From an uncultured Gammaproteobacteria bacterium (lineage in GTDB: Bacteria > Patescibacteriota > Patescibacteriia > Patescibacteriales > WJLG01), in assembly GCA_964486475.1 (NCBI GenBank), contig CAZALZ010000003.1, positions 251-64,250 on the forward strand: DNA of 64,000 nt. Reading direction: 5' to 3'. The notes beneath the pieces were generated by a model that had not been told where the DNA came from, did no database searches, and was given only the letters and a program-made list of their open reading frames with translations. Shown here piece after piece: positions 56,246-64,000 of the stretch (positions within the stretch are counted from its first letter, which is position 1; the number at the start of each line of letters is the position of its first letter). A program made the translations under genes and the position numbers.

Positions 56246-57259
56246 ATGAAACGGATGATTTATTTTCTTATTGCTGTTTTTTCTCTTTGCGCAATTTCTT
56301 TTGCTGATCTTGATAGCGGGTTGGTTGCTTACTATCCGTTTAACGGTAACGCCAACGATGCTTCCGGCAACGGCAATAATGGGGTAATATATGGAGCCAC
56401 TTTTGCCACAGGCATAGACAGCAGTATTAACAGTGCATGCAGTTTTGACGGGATAAATGATTATATCAGTTTCCCGACAAGCGCTATCGGCAACACTTCG
56501 TCCGGAACGATATCAATGTGGGTTCAGCTTAATCGGACGTCAACTCATCATGTTCCGTTTTGCGTGAACGGAGTTGATTCTTATGGTTGCATATATTTTA
56601 CAGTTGCTGTTTATGACACCTCTAGCTATTTCAGATCGGGACATAATTCAGCATATGACAACCAACCTTTCCCTTCTTTTTATGACGGTAATTGGCGTCA
56701 TATAGTGGGAACTTGGAATTCTTCTAATGTTGAATACTGGATTGATGGAGCTAAAGTAGGAAGTAATAATTTTCAGAGCTATTCAGGGGCAGTAACCAGT
56801 GTCTGGATCGGTAACGCGCCAAACCGCAATTATTGGGTTAACGGAAGAATTGATGAAACAAGAATTTATAACAGAGTACTTACTGACGTTGAAATAGCTG
56901 CTCTATTAAACGAGGGAAGTGGTAATCAAAGTCAGACAAACGGTACGGGTAGCGCGTATGGCTATGTTCATATGGCACCAATTCCAGGAGTTAATAGTAA
57001 TGGTTTGCCGGAAATCGCTGTTTTAAAATTTGATGACAGCCTTTTTTCAATAGTTAAAATATTGGATGCTAGCAATAGTCAGGAGTTGAGCAGTATTTCT
57101 TTTTTTGATTCCCTATGGATACCAAAAAAAGTTATAGCATTTGATGTTGACAATGATGGCGTCTCGGATTTATCGGTGATGGCGACTAAGGGCGACAGTA
57201 CCAAGATCGAGAGCAGAAATTTATCCGGTACTTTGATCAGAACTATTGTGCTCCCGTAA
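56246..57259 (+). CDS. secreted LamG-domain (concanavalin A-like lectin) protein
   Basis: 337 aa with a signal peptide. LVAYYPFNGNANDASGNGNNG ... RIDETRIYNRVLT. The C-terminal ~100 aa are similar to the C-terminus of the preceding protein. Confidence 0.8.
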   Translation: MKRMIYFLIAVFSLCAISFADLDSGLVAYYPFNGNANDASGNGNNGVIYGATFATGIDSSINSACSFDGINDYISFPTSAIGNTSSGTISMWVQLNRTSTHHVPFCVNGVDSYGCIYFTVAVYDTSSYFRSGHNSAYDNQPFPSFYDGNWRHIVGTWNSSNVEYWIDGAKVGSNNFQSYSGAVTSVWIGNAPNRNYWVNGRIDETRIYNRVLTDVEIAALLNEGSGNQSQTNGTGSAYGYVHMAPIPGVNSNGLPEIAVLKFDDSLFSIVKILDASNSQELSSISFFDSLWIPKKVIAFDVDNDGVSDLSVMATKGDSTKIESRNLSGTLIRTIVLP

Positions 57260-57288
57260 TTTTGCACCTTTAAACCTTTAACAAAAAT

Positions 57289-57320
57289 AAGGGCGGTTGA
57301 TTAATTTCAGCCGCCTTTTT
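57289..57320. terminator. bidirectional terminator between convergent LamG and sugar-transferase genes
   Basis: Stem AAGGGCGG/CCGCCTTT (one G-T pair), with T tracts on both strands. Confidence 0.6.
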
Positions 57321-57403
57321 AATATAATCTTAAAAAATAATTATTTACAATGTTATAAATTAGCAATTGGAATATTGAAATTTTTAAAATTTTTTCCAAA
57401 TTT

Positions 57404-58765
57404 TTATTTCCCCGCCCGGGAAAAAATCGTGGCGATTGTTTTAAGAATAATGGAAAAATCCAGATAAGGCGAGCGATGCTTTATATAATAAAGATCATAC
57501 TGCAATTTTTTCATCGTATCTTCGTAAGAAGGCGAGTGATATTCGCCGGAAATTTGGTCAACGCCGGTCAGTCCGGGCTTGGCCAAAAGACGCTCGCGGT
57601 AAAACGGAATTTGTTTTTCCAATTCCGCCACCAACTCCGGCCGTTCCGGACGCGGACCGACAAAACTCATCTCACCTTTTAAAACGTTAATAATTTGCGG
57701 TAATTCATCAATTCTGGATTTACGCAAAAAATTTCCGAAAGAAGTGACGCGCGGATCATTGTCTATTGTCGGCGATTGATTATTATTTTCCGTTTTCATT
57801 GTCCGAAATTTTATTATTTTGAATTCCCGGCCGTTTTGGCCGACACGATTTTGGCGGAAAAAAACCGGGCCGCGCGATTCAATTTTTATAATAACGGCGA
57901 TCGGCGGCCAAAAAAGAACAGTCAAAAGCAAAACAATCAAAGCGCCGATAATATCGGTGATTTTCTTGAAAATATCGGCAATATTTTGTCCGCCTTCATT
58001 TAAATTTTTTAGGAACCACATCTTGCCGATAGCCTCTATCGGAACTTTTCCGGTTATGGTTTCGTAAAAATCAACCGCATCGACAAAACTGATTTTCAAA
58101 TGCAAACATTCAAAAAGCAAACTGCGCAGATTTTCCGAATCCGGACTTCCGGCCAGAACAATTTGGTTTATTTTTTTCTTTTTGATTAATTCCGGCAGAT
58201 TTTTAAAATCATTGAAAATCGGCGTTCCGGAGATTTCCTTCTGTTCGGTCTGTTTTTCCTGAATAATAAAAGAAATATTAAAGCCGAGATGCGGATGATT
58301 TTTTGTTTCCGCCAGAATTTTTTCCGCCAAAGAGTTGAATCCGATAACGGCGATATTATTTTTCGGAAGATAAGATTTAAGAATGGCGTTAAAAGTTGAG
58401 CGCCAAAGCAGAAAAATCGCAAAAAAAACAATAACAAAAATCGCCAAATTCGTTTTCGGGGTTATTTCGGCCGAAGGATAAAAATAGAAAAAAAGCACGG
58501 ACAGCAAAGACGAAAAAATAAAAATTTTGGCGGTTTTTGAGAAAAATAAGGCATTATTGGCGGCTTGGCGCAGATTGTAGAAATCGGCGATAAAAAAAAC
58601 CGCCAGCCAGCCGATGAAAATTATCGTGAACGGAAGCAAGTGCGCCTGCCATTCTTCTTGGCTAGGCCGTTGCCAATGGCGCAAAGTTATTGTTAAAAAA
58701 AGCGCGGCGTACATTAATGAGATATCGCCAGCAAGAAGCAAGATTTTTTTAAGAGGGTTGTTCAT
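57404..58765 (-). CDS. polyprenyl-phosphate glycosylphosphotransferase (bacterial sugar transferase, WbaP/EpsB-like)
   Basis: 453 aa. Multiple N-terminal TM helices. C-terminal Bac_transf domain MSFVGPRPERPELV, KPGLTGVDQISG. Confidence 0.88.
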   Translation of the reverse strand: MNNPLKKILLLAGDISLMYAALFLTITLRHWQRPSQEEWQAHLLPFTIIFIGWLAVFFIADFYNLRQAANNALFFSKTAKIFIFSSLLSVLFFYFYPSAEITPKTNLAIFVIVFFAIFLLWRSTFNAILKSYLPKNNIAVIGFNSLAEKILAETKNHPHLGFNISFIIQEKQTEQKEISGTPIFNDFKNLPELIKKKKINQIVLAGSPDSENLRSLLFECLHLKISFVDAVDFYETITGKVPIEAIGKMWFLKNLNEGGQNIADIFKKITDIIGALIVLLLTVLFWPPIAVIIKIESRGPVFFRQNRVGQNGREFKIIKFRTMKTENNNQSPTIDNDPRVTSFGNFLRKSRIDELPQIINVLKGEMSFVGPRPERPELVAELEKQIPFYRERLLAKPGLTGVDQISGEYHSPSYEDTMKKLQYDLYYIKHRSPYLDFSIILKTIATIFSRAGK

Positions 58766-58879
58766 AGGATAAAATTAATTTTCGGTTTAAATTTAACATA
58801 AATTTCAATAAAAATCAACTTGATTTAAAGGGTTTAAAATGTTAATATTTTATTATATTGATAAACTATTCAAAGCGTG

Positions 58880-59929
58880 ATGGCTATTTCTGATAATAAA
58901 AATTTTTGGCCGTTGGTCGGCAACCGAGCGGCAACCGAATTTTTGGAAAAAAGCGCGGCCGCGGATAATTTGGCGGGCACTTATATCTTTTGCGGTCCGA
59001 AAGATTTGGGGAAAACCGCCGCGGCTGTTTTCTTTTCCCAGGCGCTTTTATGCCAAAAGCGCCGTCCGGGAATTTTTTCCGCACCTTGCGGGCAATGTTC
59101 TTCCTGCCGCCGTTTTTTTCAGGGAAAAAGCGGAGAAAGCGATTTGGCCGCTGTTCATGGCGATTTTCATGTCCTTAAAAGAAATCAGGATAAAAAAAAT
59201 ATTTCCGTGGAGGAGGTTAGGGATTTTATCAAAGCTCTTTCTTTAAGCTCTTTTTTGGGTTCATATAAAATCGGTTTAATCAAAGAAGCGGAGGATTTGA
59301 ATCAGGAAGGAGCGAACGCTCTCTTAAAAACCTTAGAAGAGCCTCGCCCGAAGGTGATTATAATTTTGACTGTTTCCCGTTTGGAAGTTTTGCCAAAGAC
59401 GATTCTTTCCCGCGGCCAGATTCTGCGTTTTGCCCCGGTCGGTTTTTCTGAAATTCAAGATTTTTTAACAATCAAGAAAAATTTTTCCAGAGATAAAGCG
59501 ATGGATGCCGCTAAACTTTCTTTAGGCCGTCCGGCCTTGGCGGTGAAATTCGCCGAAGATAAAGAATTCCGTGACGCTTATTCCTCGGCGGTCGAATGTT
59601 TTTTAAAATTTTTCAATCAAGGGATTTTCCGCCGCTTTAAAGATATTGATTTTTTGCTTTCCTCCGGCGGGACGGAGAACCAGCTTGAGAGAGTTTCTAA
59701 AATAATCGGTATTTGGCGCGGGCTGGGGCGCGATTTTTTACTTTCTTCATTGTCTTCAGAATATTTGGCGCAAAATTACGATCGCTTGGAAGACATAAGA
59801 AAAATCAGCCGGAGCCGGGAAAGGTTTTTCTGGCTGGGGCTTTTGGAAAATTTGGATTCCGCCGATGATTATTTGCGCGCCAATGTCAACCCGCATTCTG
59901 TTCTAGAAAAAATTGCCGCCGCAATTTAA
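58880..59929 (+). CDS. holB: DNA polymerase III delta-prime subunit
   Basis: 349 aa. GTYIFCGPKDLGKT, Cys cluster CGQCSSCR, LLKTLEEP, TILSRGQ. Confidence 0.85.
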   Translation: MAISDNKNFWPLVGNRAATEFLEKSAAADNLAGTYIFCGPKDLGKTAAAVFFSQALLCQKRRPGIFSAPCGQCSSCRRFFQGKSGESDLAAVHGDFHVLKRNQDKKNISVEEVRDFIKALSLSSFLGSYKIGLIKEAEDLNQEGANALLKTLEEPRPKVIIILTVSRLEVLPKTILSRGQILRFAPVGFSEIQDFLTIKKNFSRDKAMDAAKLSLGRPALAVKFAEDKEFRDAYSSAVECFLKFFNQGIFRRFKDIDFLLSSGGTENQLERVSKIIGIWRGLGRDFLLSSLSSEYLAQNYDRLEDIRKISRSRERFFWLGLLENLDSADDYLRANVNPHSVLEKIAAAI

Positions 59930-59970
59930 AAGTATTGTATAATTATAATCATAATCAACGCAACAAGAAT

Positions 59971-61053
59971 ATGAAAAAAATAAAAATTTTTATCGGGTTA
60001 GCCCTTATTTCTTTAATTGTTTCCGGATGTTCGGTTTCCGTGAACAGCGGCAATGATACTTCTAAAATCGACGGCGGGGTTTTTGTAAGCACTGATAAAG
60101 GCGCGACTTGGAATCAAACCGTAAGCGTTCCGACAATCAAAGGAGTGGACAGTCTCCGCGGTTTTGACGCCTCTTTTTTAGCTTTTGATCCAAATGATTC
60201 CAAAGCTATCTACTTCGGCACTGTCGGCAACGGACTTTATTATTCCTATGATTTGTCGCGCGGTTGGCAGAAAGCCTATTCTTTGCCCGATGCAACTGTT
60301 TCGGCCGCGGCGGTAAGTCCTAATGATAAATGCCTGGTTTATGTCGCGATAGGAAATAAGTTATATCAATCGAAAGATTGTAGTCGGACGTTTGAGGAAA
60401 TTTATTTTGACAGCGACACCTCCGTTCTGATAAGTTCTTTAGCAATTGATCATTACGATTCGGATAAGATTTACATCGGCACCTCCAAGGGGGATATTTT
60501 AAAAAGTTTGGACCGCGGTTCTAATTGGCAGAATATTTGCGATACCGGTTTTAAAATCAACAAACTGGTATTAGATCCTTCTGATAGCCGCATAATCTTG
60601 GCGGCGACTGCCGGTGCGGCCGTTTTTCGCTCCAAAGACAGCGGAGCGAGCTGGGAAAGTTTGAAGGAAAATTTAAAAGAGCATAAAGGAACAAATTCGA
60701 TTATTGATGTTGTTTTCGCGCCTTCGGAAAAAGGAGCAATTTTTGCGGTTATTTCTTCGGGAATTTTCAAATCGGCGGATTATGGAGATTCTTGGTCAAA
60801 ATTAGAGCTTATCACTAAAGAAAATCAAAAAGAATCTTCAATTGAAGCGCTGGCGGTCAATCCGAAAGATGCTCAAGAAATTTATTATTCCACCAGAACG
60901 ACTTTTTACAGTTCAGCCGACGGCGGCGCCACTTGGAAAACCAAAAAACTGCCATCTACTCGTGCCGGGAAAGTTTTATTGATAAAGCCGGACGAACCGA
61001 ATGTTATTTTTATGGGAATGAAAACTTATTCTTCCGGCCAAGGGGCTTATTAA
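59971..61053 (+). CDS. BNR/Asp-box repeat beta-propeller lipoprotein (Ycf48/sortilin-like)
   Basis: Start at MKKIKIF with lipobox VSGC. Five SxDxGxxW boxes: STDKGATW, SLDRGSNW, SKDSGASW, SADYGDSW, SADGGATW. Confidence 0.8.
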   Translation: MKKIKIFIGLALISLIVSGCSVSVNSGNDTSKIDGGVFVSTDKGATWNQTVSVPTIKGVDSLRGFDASFLAFDPNDSKAIYFGTVGNGLYYSYDLSRGWQKAYSLPDATVSAAAVSPNDKCLVYVAIGNKLYQSKDCSRTFEEIYFDSDTSVLISSLAIDHYDSDKIYIGTSKGDILKSLDRGSNWQNICDTGFKINKLVLDPSDSRIILAATAGAAVFRSKDSGASWESLKENLKEHKGTNSIIDVVFAPSEKGAIFAVISSGIFKSADYGDSWSKLELITKENQKESSIEALAVNPKDAQEIYYSTRTTFYSSADGGATWKTKKLPSTRAGKVLLIKPDEPNVIFMGMKTYSSGQGAY

Positions 61054-61066
61054 TTAAAATAAAAAT

Positions 61067-61621
61067 ATGAATAATTATTTAGAAGAAAAAAAAGGAGATT
61101 TCGGAAAAGCGGTGGAATTTTTTAAAAAAGATATCGCTTCTTTGCGCACCGGGCGCGCTAACACAGCGATGCTTGAAGGAATAACCGTGGAAGCTTACGG
61201 CACCAAGAATCCGCTGGTTTCCATTGGCAGCATTTCCGTGGCCGACGCCAAGAGTATCGTTATTACGCCTTGGGATAAAAGCACTTTAAAAGACGTGGAA
61301 AAGGCGGTTTTAGAAGCCGATCTCGGGCTGGGTATTGTAAACGACGGCGACAAGCTTCGTTTAACCGTTCCCGCGATGACTGAAGAAAATCGCAAAGATC
61401 TGGTTAAGAGACTGAATGAAAAAAACGAACAGGCTAAAGTTTCCGCTCGCCAAGTTCGGGAAGCTGTTAAAAAGGCGATTGAAGAAGCCGAGGAAAACGG
61501 CGAAATTTCCGAAGATGACCGCGGGCGTTTTATGAAAGAGATGGATGAAGAGGTCAAAAAAATAAATGAAGAATTGAAAGCCGTCCGCGACAGAAAAGAG
61601 GAAGAAATAATGACGATTTAA
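61067..61621 (+). CDS. frr: ribosome recycling factor
   Basis: 184 aa. LRTGRANTAMLEGITVEAYG, LRLTVPAMTEENRKDLVK. Confidence 0.95.
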   Translation: MNNYLEEKKGDFGKAVEFFKKDIASLRTGRANTAMLEGITVEAYGTKNPLVSIGSISVADAKSIVITPWDKSTLKDVEKAVLEADLGLGIVNDGDKLRLTVPAMTEENRKDLVKRLNEKNEQAKVSARQVREAVKKAIEEAEENGEISEDDRGRFMKEMDEEVKKINEELKAVRDRKEEEIMTI

Positions 61622-61672
61622 TAATTAAAATAAAAAATTAAAATCAATAATCGTTAATTTTTTATTACAAAA

Positions 61673-62830
61673 ATGTTTTCAACTTTAATAATATTTATTT
61701 TGGTTTTGTCTGTTCTGATTTTTGTTCATGAATTTGGGCATTTTTGGTCGGCGCGGAAATTGGGCGTAAAAGTCGAGGAGTTCGGTTTTGGTTTTTCTCC
61801 GCGAGCAATCGGCGTTTACAAATCAACCGGAGGAAACTGGAAAGTTGTCCGCGGGAATCAGGAAGTGGCGGATGCGGCGGATACCATATATTCCCTGAAT
61901 TGGCTGCCGCTCGGCGGTTTTTGCAAAATAAAAGGAGAGGATGGCAATGGAGAAAATGAAAATGACAGTTTTGCCTCTAAGCCGATTTGGCGCCGCATAG
62001 TGATAATTTCCGCCGGCGTCATGATGAATATAGTTTTGGCCGTTGTTTTATTTTCAGTCGGATTCATGATCGGTTCGCCGCAGAGTTTCGGCGAGGATGA
62101 TTCCCGGGCCATAGTTAGCGATCGCAAAATTATGATTATGGAGGTTTTGTCTGATTCTCCGGCCGCTTTCGCCGGTTTGGCGGCTGAAGATTATATTTTG
62201 GCGATTGACGGACAAGATTTTGTTGACGAAAAAGATTTGCGCGCCTATGTCAACGCCCGCGCCGGCCAAGAGCTTGTGTATAAAATAGAAAGAAACGGAG
62301 ATTTTTTAGAGAAAAAAATAATTCCGGCTGATAATGGAGGTAAAGGCGAAGTTGGCGTGGCTATCGCTAATATCGGCTTGGTCCGTTATCCATGGTATTT
62401 GGCGATTTGGAAAGGGGTGCAACTTACTTTTATTATGCTTTGGGCGATTATTGCCGCCTTTTTCGGGATTATTAAAAGTTTTATAACAGGCAACGGCGTC
62501 GGCGTTGAAGTGGCCGGACCGGTCGGCATCGCCAATATGACCGGACAATACGCGCGGATGGGTTTTGTTTATTTACTGCAGTTTACCGGGCTGTTGTCAG
62601 CCAATTTGGCGGTAATAAATTTTTTACCGTTGCCGGCCTTGGACGGCGGCCGGATAATTTTTTTGCTGGTTGAAAAAATTAAAGGATCTCCCGTGCGCCG
62701 CGACGTGGAAGCAATCATACACAGTATAGGTTTTTTTCTTCTGATAGCCTTGATGATTTTGATTACGGCGCGAGAGCTGTCGGGTTTTGCCGGTAAATTT
62801 AAAATTATTTGGGATAAAATATTTAATTGA
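61673..62830 (+). CDS. rseP: RIP metalloprotease RseP (site-2 protease, M50)
   Basis: 385 aa. HEFGHFW, a PDZ segment, NFLPLPALDGG. Confidence 0.92.
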   Translation: MFSTLIIFILVLSVLIFVHEFGHFWSARKLGVKVEEFGFGFSPRAIGVYKSTGGNWKVVRGNQEVADAADTIYSLNWLPLGGFCKIKGEDGNGENENDSFASKPIWRRIVIISAGVMMNIVLAVVLFSVGFMIGSPQSFGEDDSRAIVSDRKIMIMEVLSDSPAAFAGLAAEDYILAIDGQDFVDEKDLRAYVNARAGQELVYKIERNGDFLEKKIIPADNGGKGEVGVAIANIGLVRYPWYLAIWKGVQLTFIMLWAIIAAFFGIIKSFITGNGVGVEVAGPVGIANMTGQYARMGFVYLLQFTGLLSANLAVINFLPLPALDGGRIIFLLVEKIKGSPVRRDVEAIIHSIGFFLLIALMILITARELSGFAGKFKIIWDKIFN

Positions 62831-62835
62831 TAATT

Positions 62836-63495
62836 ATGAAGAAAGTTTTATTTTTCTTGGCAATCGTAATATTTTTATCCGGTTGCTCTAATATTAAAAA
62901 TGATCAGGTTGCGGAAGAAAGTTCCGCCGCTGATAAACAAAAAATCATGGAAAATCAAACCAACAAAACTTCCCAGCCGAATCCGCAGAATTTCAGCGAT
63001 TTGTCTTTGGAATATAAAGGAGCGATTTTAAAAACCAATTTCGGCGATATTGAAATTGAATTTTATGGCGAATCGCCCTTTACCGTTAATAATTTTTTAA
63101 ATTTGGCTCAGCTCGGATTTTATGACGGCACCAAATTTCATCGCGTCATAAAAGATTTTATGATTCAGGGCGGCGATCCCAATTCTAAAGATGACGACTG
63201 GTCTAATGACGGACGGGGCGGTCCGGGGTATCGCTTTAATGATGAATTTAACAGTCATTTATTGGTGCGCGGTTCTTTGGCTATGGCCAACTCCGGCGCT
63301 AATACCAACGGTTCGCAATTTTTCATTGTTACCGCTGAGGCTACTCCTTGGCTGGACGGAGCGCATACTAATTTCGGTTATATCATTAGCGGTATGGATG
63401 TAGTCGATAAAATAGAAAATTTACCAGTTAATAATACTAATGACAATCATCCGACAACCGACGCCATAATTAAAAGTATTGAATTGATAAAATAA
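62836..63495 (+). CDS. cyclophilin-type peptidyl-prolyl isomerase lipoprotein
   Basis: Start at MKKVLFF with lipobox LSGC. FHRVIKDFMIQGGDP, GSLAMANSGANTNGSQFFI. Confidence 0.92.
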   Translation: MKKVLFFLAIVIFLSGCSNIKNDQVAEESSAADKQKIMENQTNKTSQPNPQNFSDLSLEYKGAILKTNFGDIEIEFYGESPFTVNNFLNLAQLGFYDGTKFHRVIKDFMIQGGDPNSKDDDWSNDGRGGPGYRFNDEFNSHLLVRGSLAMANSGANTNGSQFFIVTAEATPWLDGAHTNFGYIISGMDVVDKIENLPVNNTNDNHPTTDAIIKSIELIK

Positions 63496-63499
63496 GTTT

Positions 63500-64000
63500 A
63501 TGAATATAGCTAAAATACAAGAAGTTCTTAAAACCGAACCAAAATTCAGGATAAAGCAGGTTTATGAAGCGGTTTTCCAGAAATTCATTGAAGATTGGGA
63601 TGAAGCGACCAATTTGCCTTCGGCTTTGCGGGAAAAATTAAAAGCCGAAGCGCCGCTGGACATCAAAGCGGAGGTTTTTGAGTCTAATGATAAAAAAACC
63701 GTTAAGGCCGCCATAGAATTTCCCGGGGGAATCGTTGAGACGGTTTTAATGCGCCACGATGATCGCAATACGGTTTGCGTTTCTTCACAAATGGGCTGTA
63801 AAATGGCTTGCCTTTTTTGTCTTACCGGACAAGGCGGATTCGTCCGCAATCTGAACCATTATGAAATTGCGGAGCAGGTTTTATTTTTTGAAAGATATTT
63901 GCGCCATATAACCCTCCCCAACCACTCCCAAGAGGGGAATGATAGAGTTACAAATGTCGTATTTATGGGAATGGGCGAGCCGTTTGCCAATTATGACGAA
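63500..64000 (+). CDS. rlmN: 23S rRNA/tRNA (adenine-C2)-methyltransferase RlmN, 5' partial
   Basis: Own translation: MNIAKIQEVLKTEPKFRIKQVYEAVF...VCVSSQMGCKMACLFCLTGQ (radical SAM Cx3Cx2C)...VVFMGMGEPFANYDE. The ORF runs off the window. Confidence 0.88.
   Translation, partial: MNIAKIQEVLKTEPKFRIKQVYEAVFQKFIEDWDEATNLPSALREKLKAEAPLDIKAEVFESNDKKTVKAAIEFPGGIVETVLMRHDDRNTVCVSSQMGCKMACLFCLTGQGGFVRNLNHYEIAEQVLFFERYLRHITLPNHSQEGNDRVTNVVFMGMGEPFANYDE

Overview
AT-rich bacterial chromosome segment using the standard genetic code. The gene content is most consistent with a small-genome Candidate Phyla Radiation/Patescibacteria-type organism. That placement is inference only, based on compact operons, many glycosyltransferases, a soluble TraD/VirD4-like ATPase paired with a membrane protein, and cell-wall remodelling genes scattered among housekeeping genes.

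Layout:
- 1-15.8 kb: sensor kinase, an unusual isoprenoid-synthase-like fusion protein, CIRCE-controlled groES-groEL, a membrane protein plus T4CP-like ATPase pair, a processive-type GT2, an ftsB-like gene, tRNA-Thr, a DD-carboxypeptidase fusion, ftsEX and a 3-methyladenine glycosylase.
- 15.8-27 kb: an integrated island abutting tRNA-Gln. It has a large serine recombinase whose ORF ends inside the tRNA, and a roughly 0.5-kb G+C-enriched ORF-poor region full of helices directly upstream of the recombinase (an unclassified structured-RNA candidate). It also has HTH genes, a complete type III R-M operon, two further PD-(D/E)xK-motif proteins, and a structured ORF-free right end.
- 27-37 kb: housekeeping and envelope genes. 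These include a RibD_C-like gene broken by one in-frame TAA, HIT, a receiver-only regulator, a HlyD-like adaptor, mltG, an L,D-transpeptidase, and iscU-nfu-nifS carrying a 72-bp palindromic mini-element.
- 37-50 kb: a glycan locus with 6-7 glycosyltransferases, 3-4 methyltransferases and a Wzm/Wzt ABC exporter.
- 50.4-57.3 kb: a second accessory patch, with an excisionase-type HTH, an IS481-family transposase, a lipoprotein, an 1152-aa M23-peptidase/FN3 protein and a LamG protein that share a C-terminal module.
- 57.4-64 kb: priming sugar transferase, holB, a BNR-repeat lipoprotein, frr, rseP, cyclophilin and the 5' part of rlmN.

No CRISPR array and no rRNA gene were seen. The most novel-looking items are the recombinase-leader RNA candidate and the two-nuclease module appended to the type III R-M operon.
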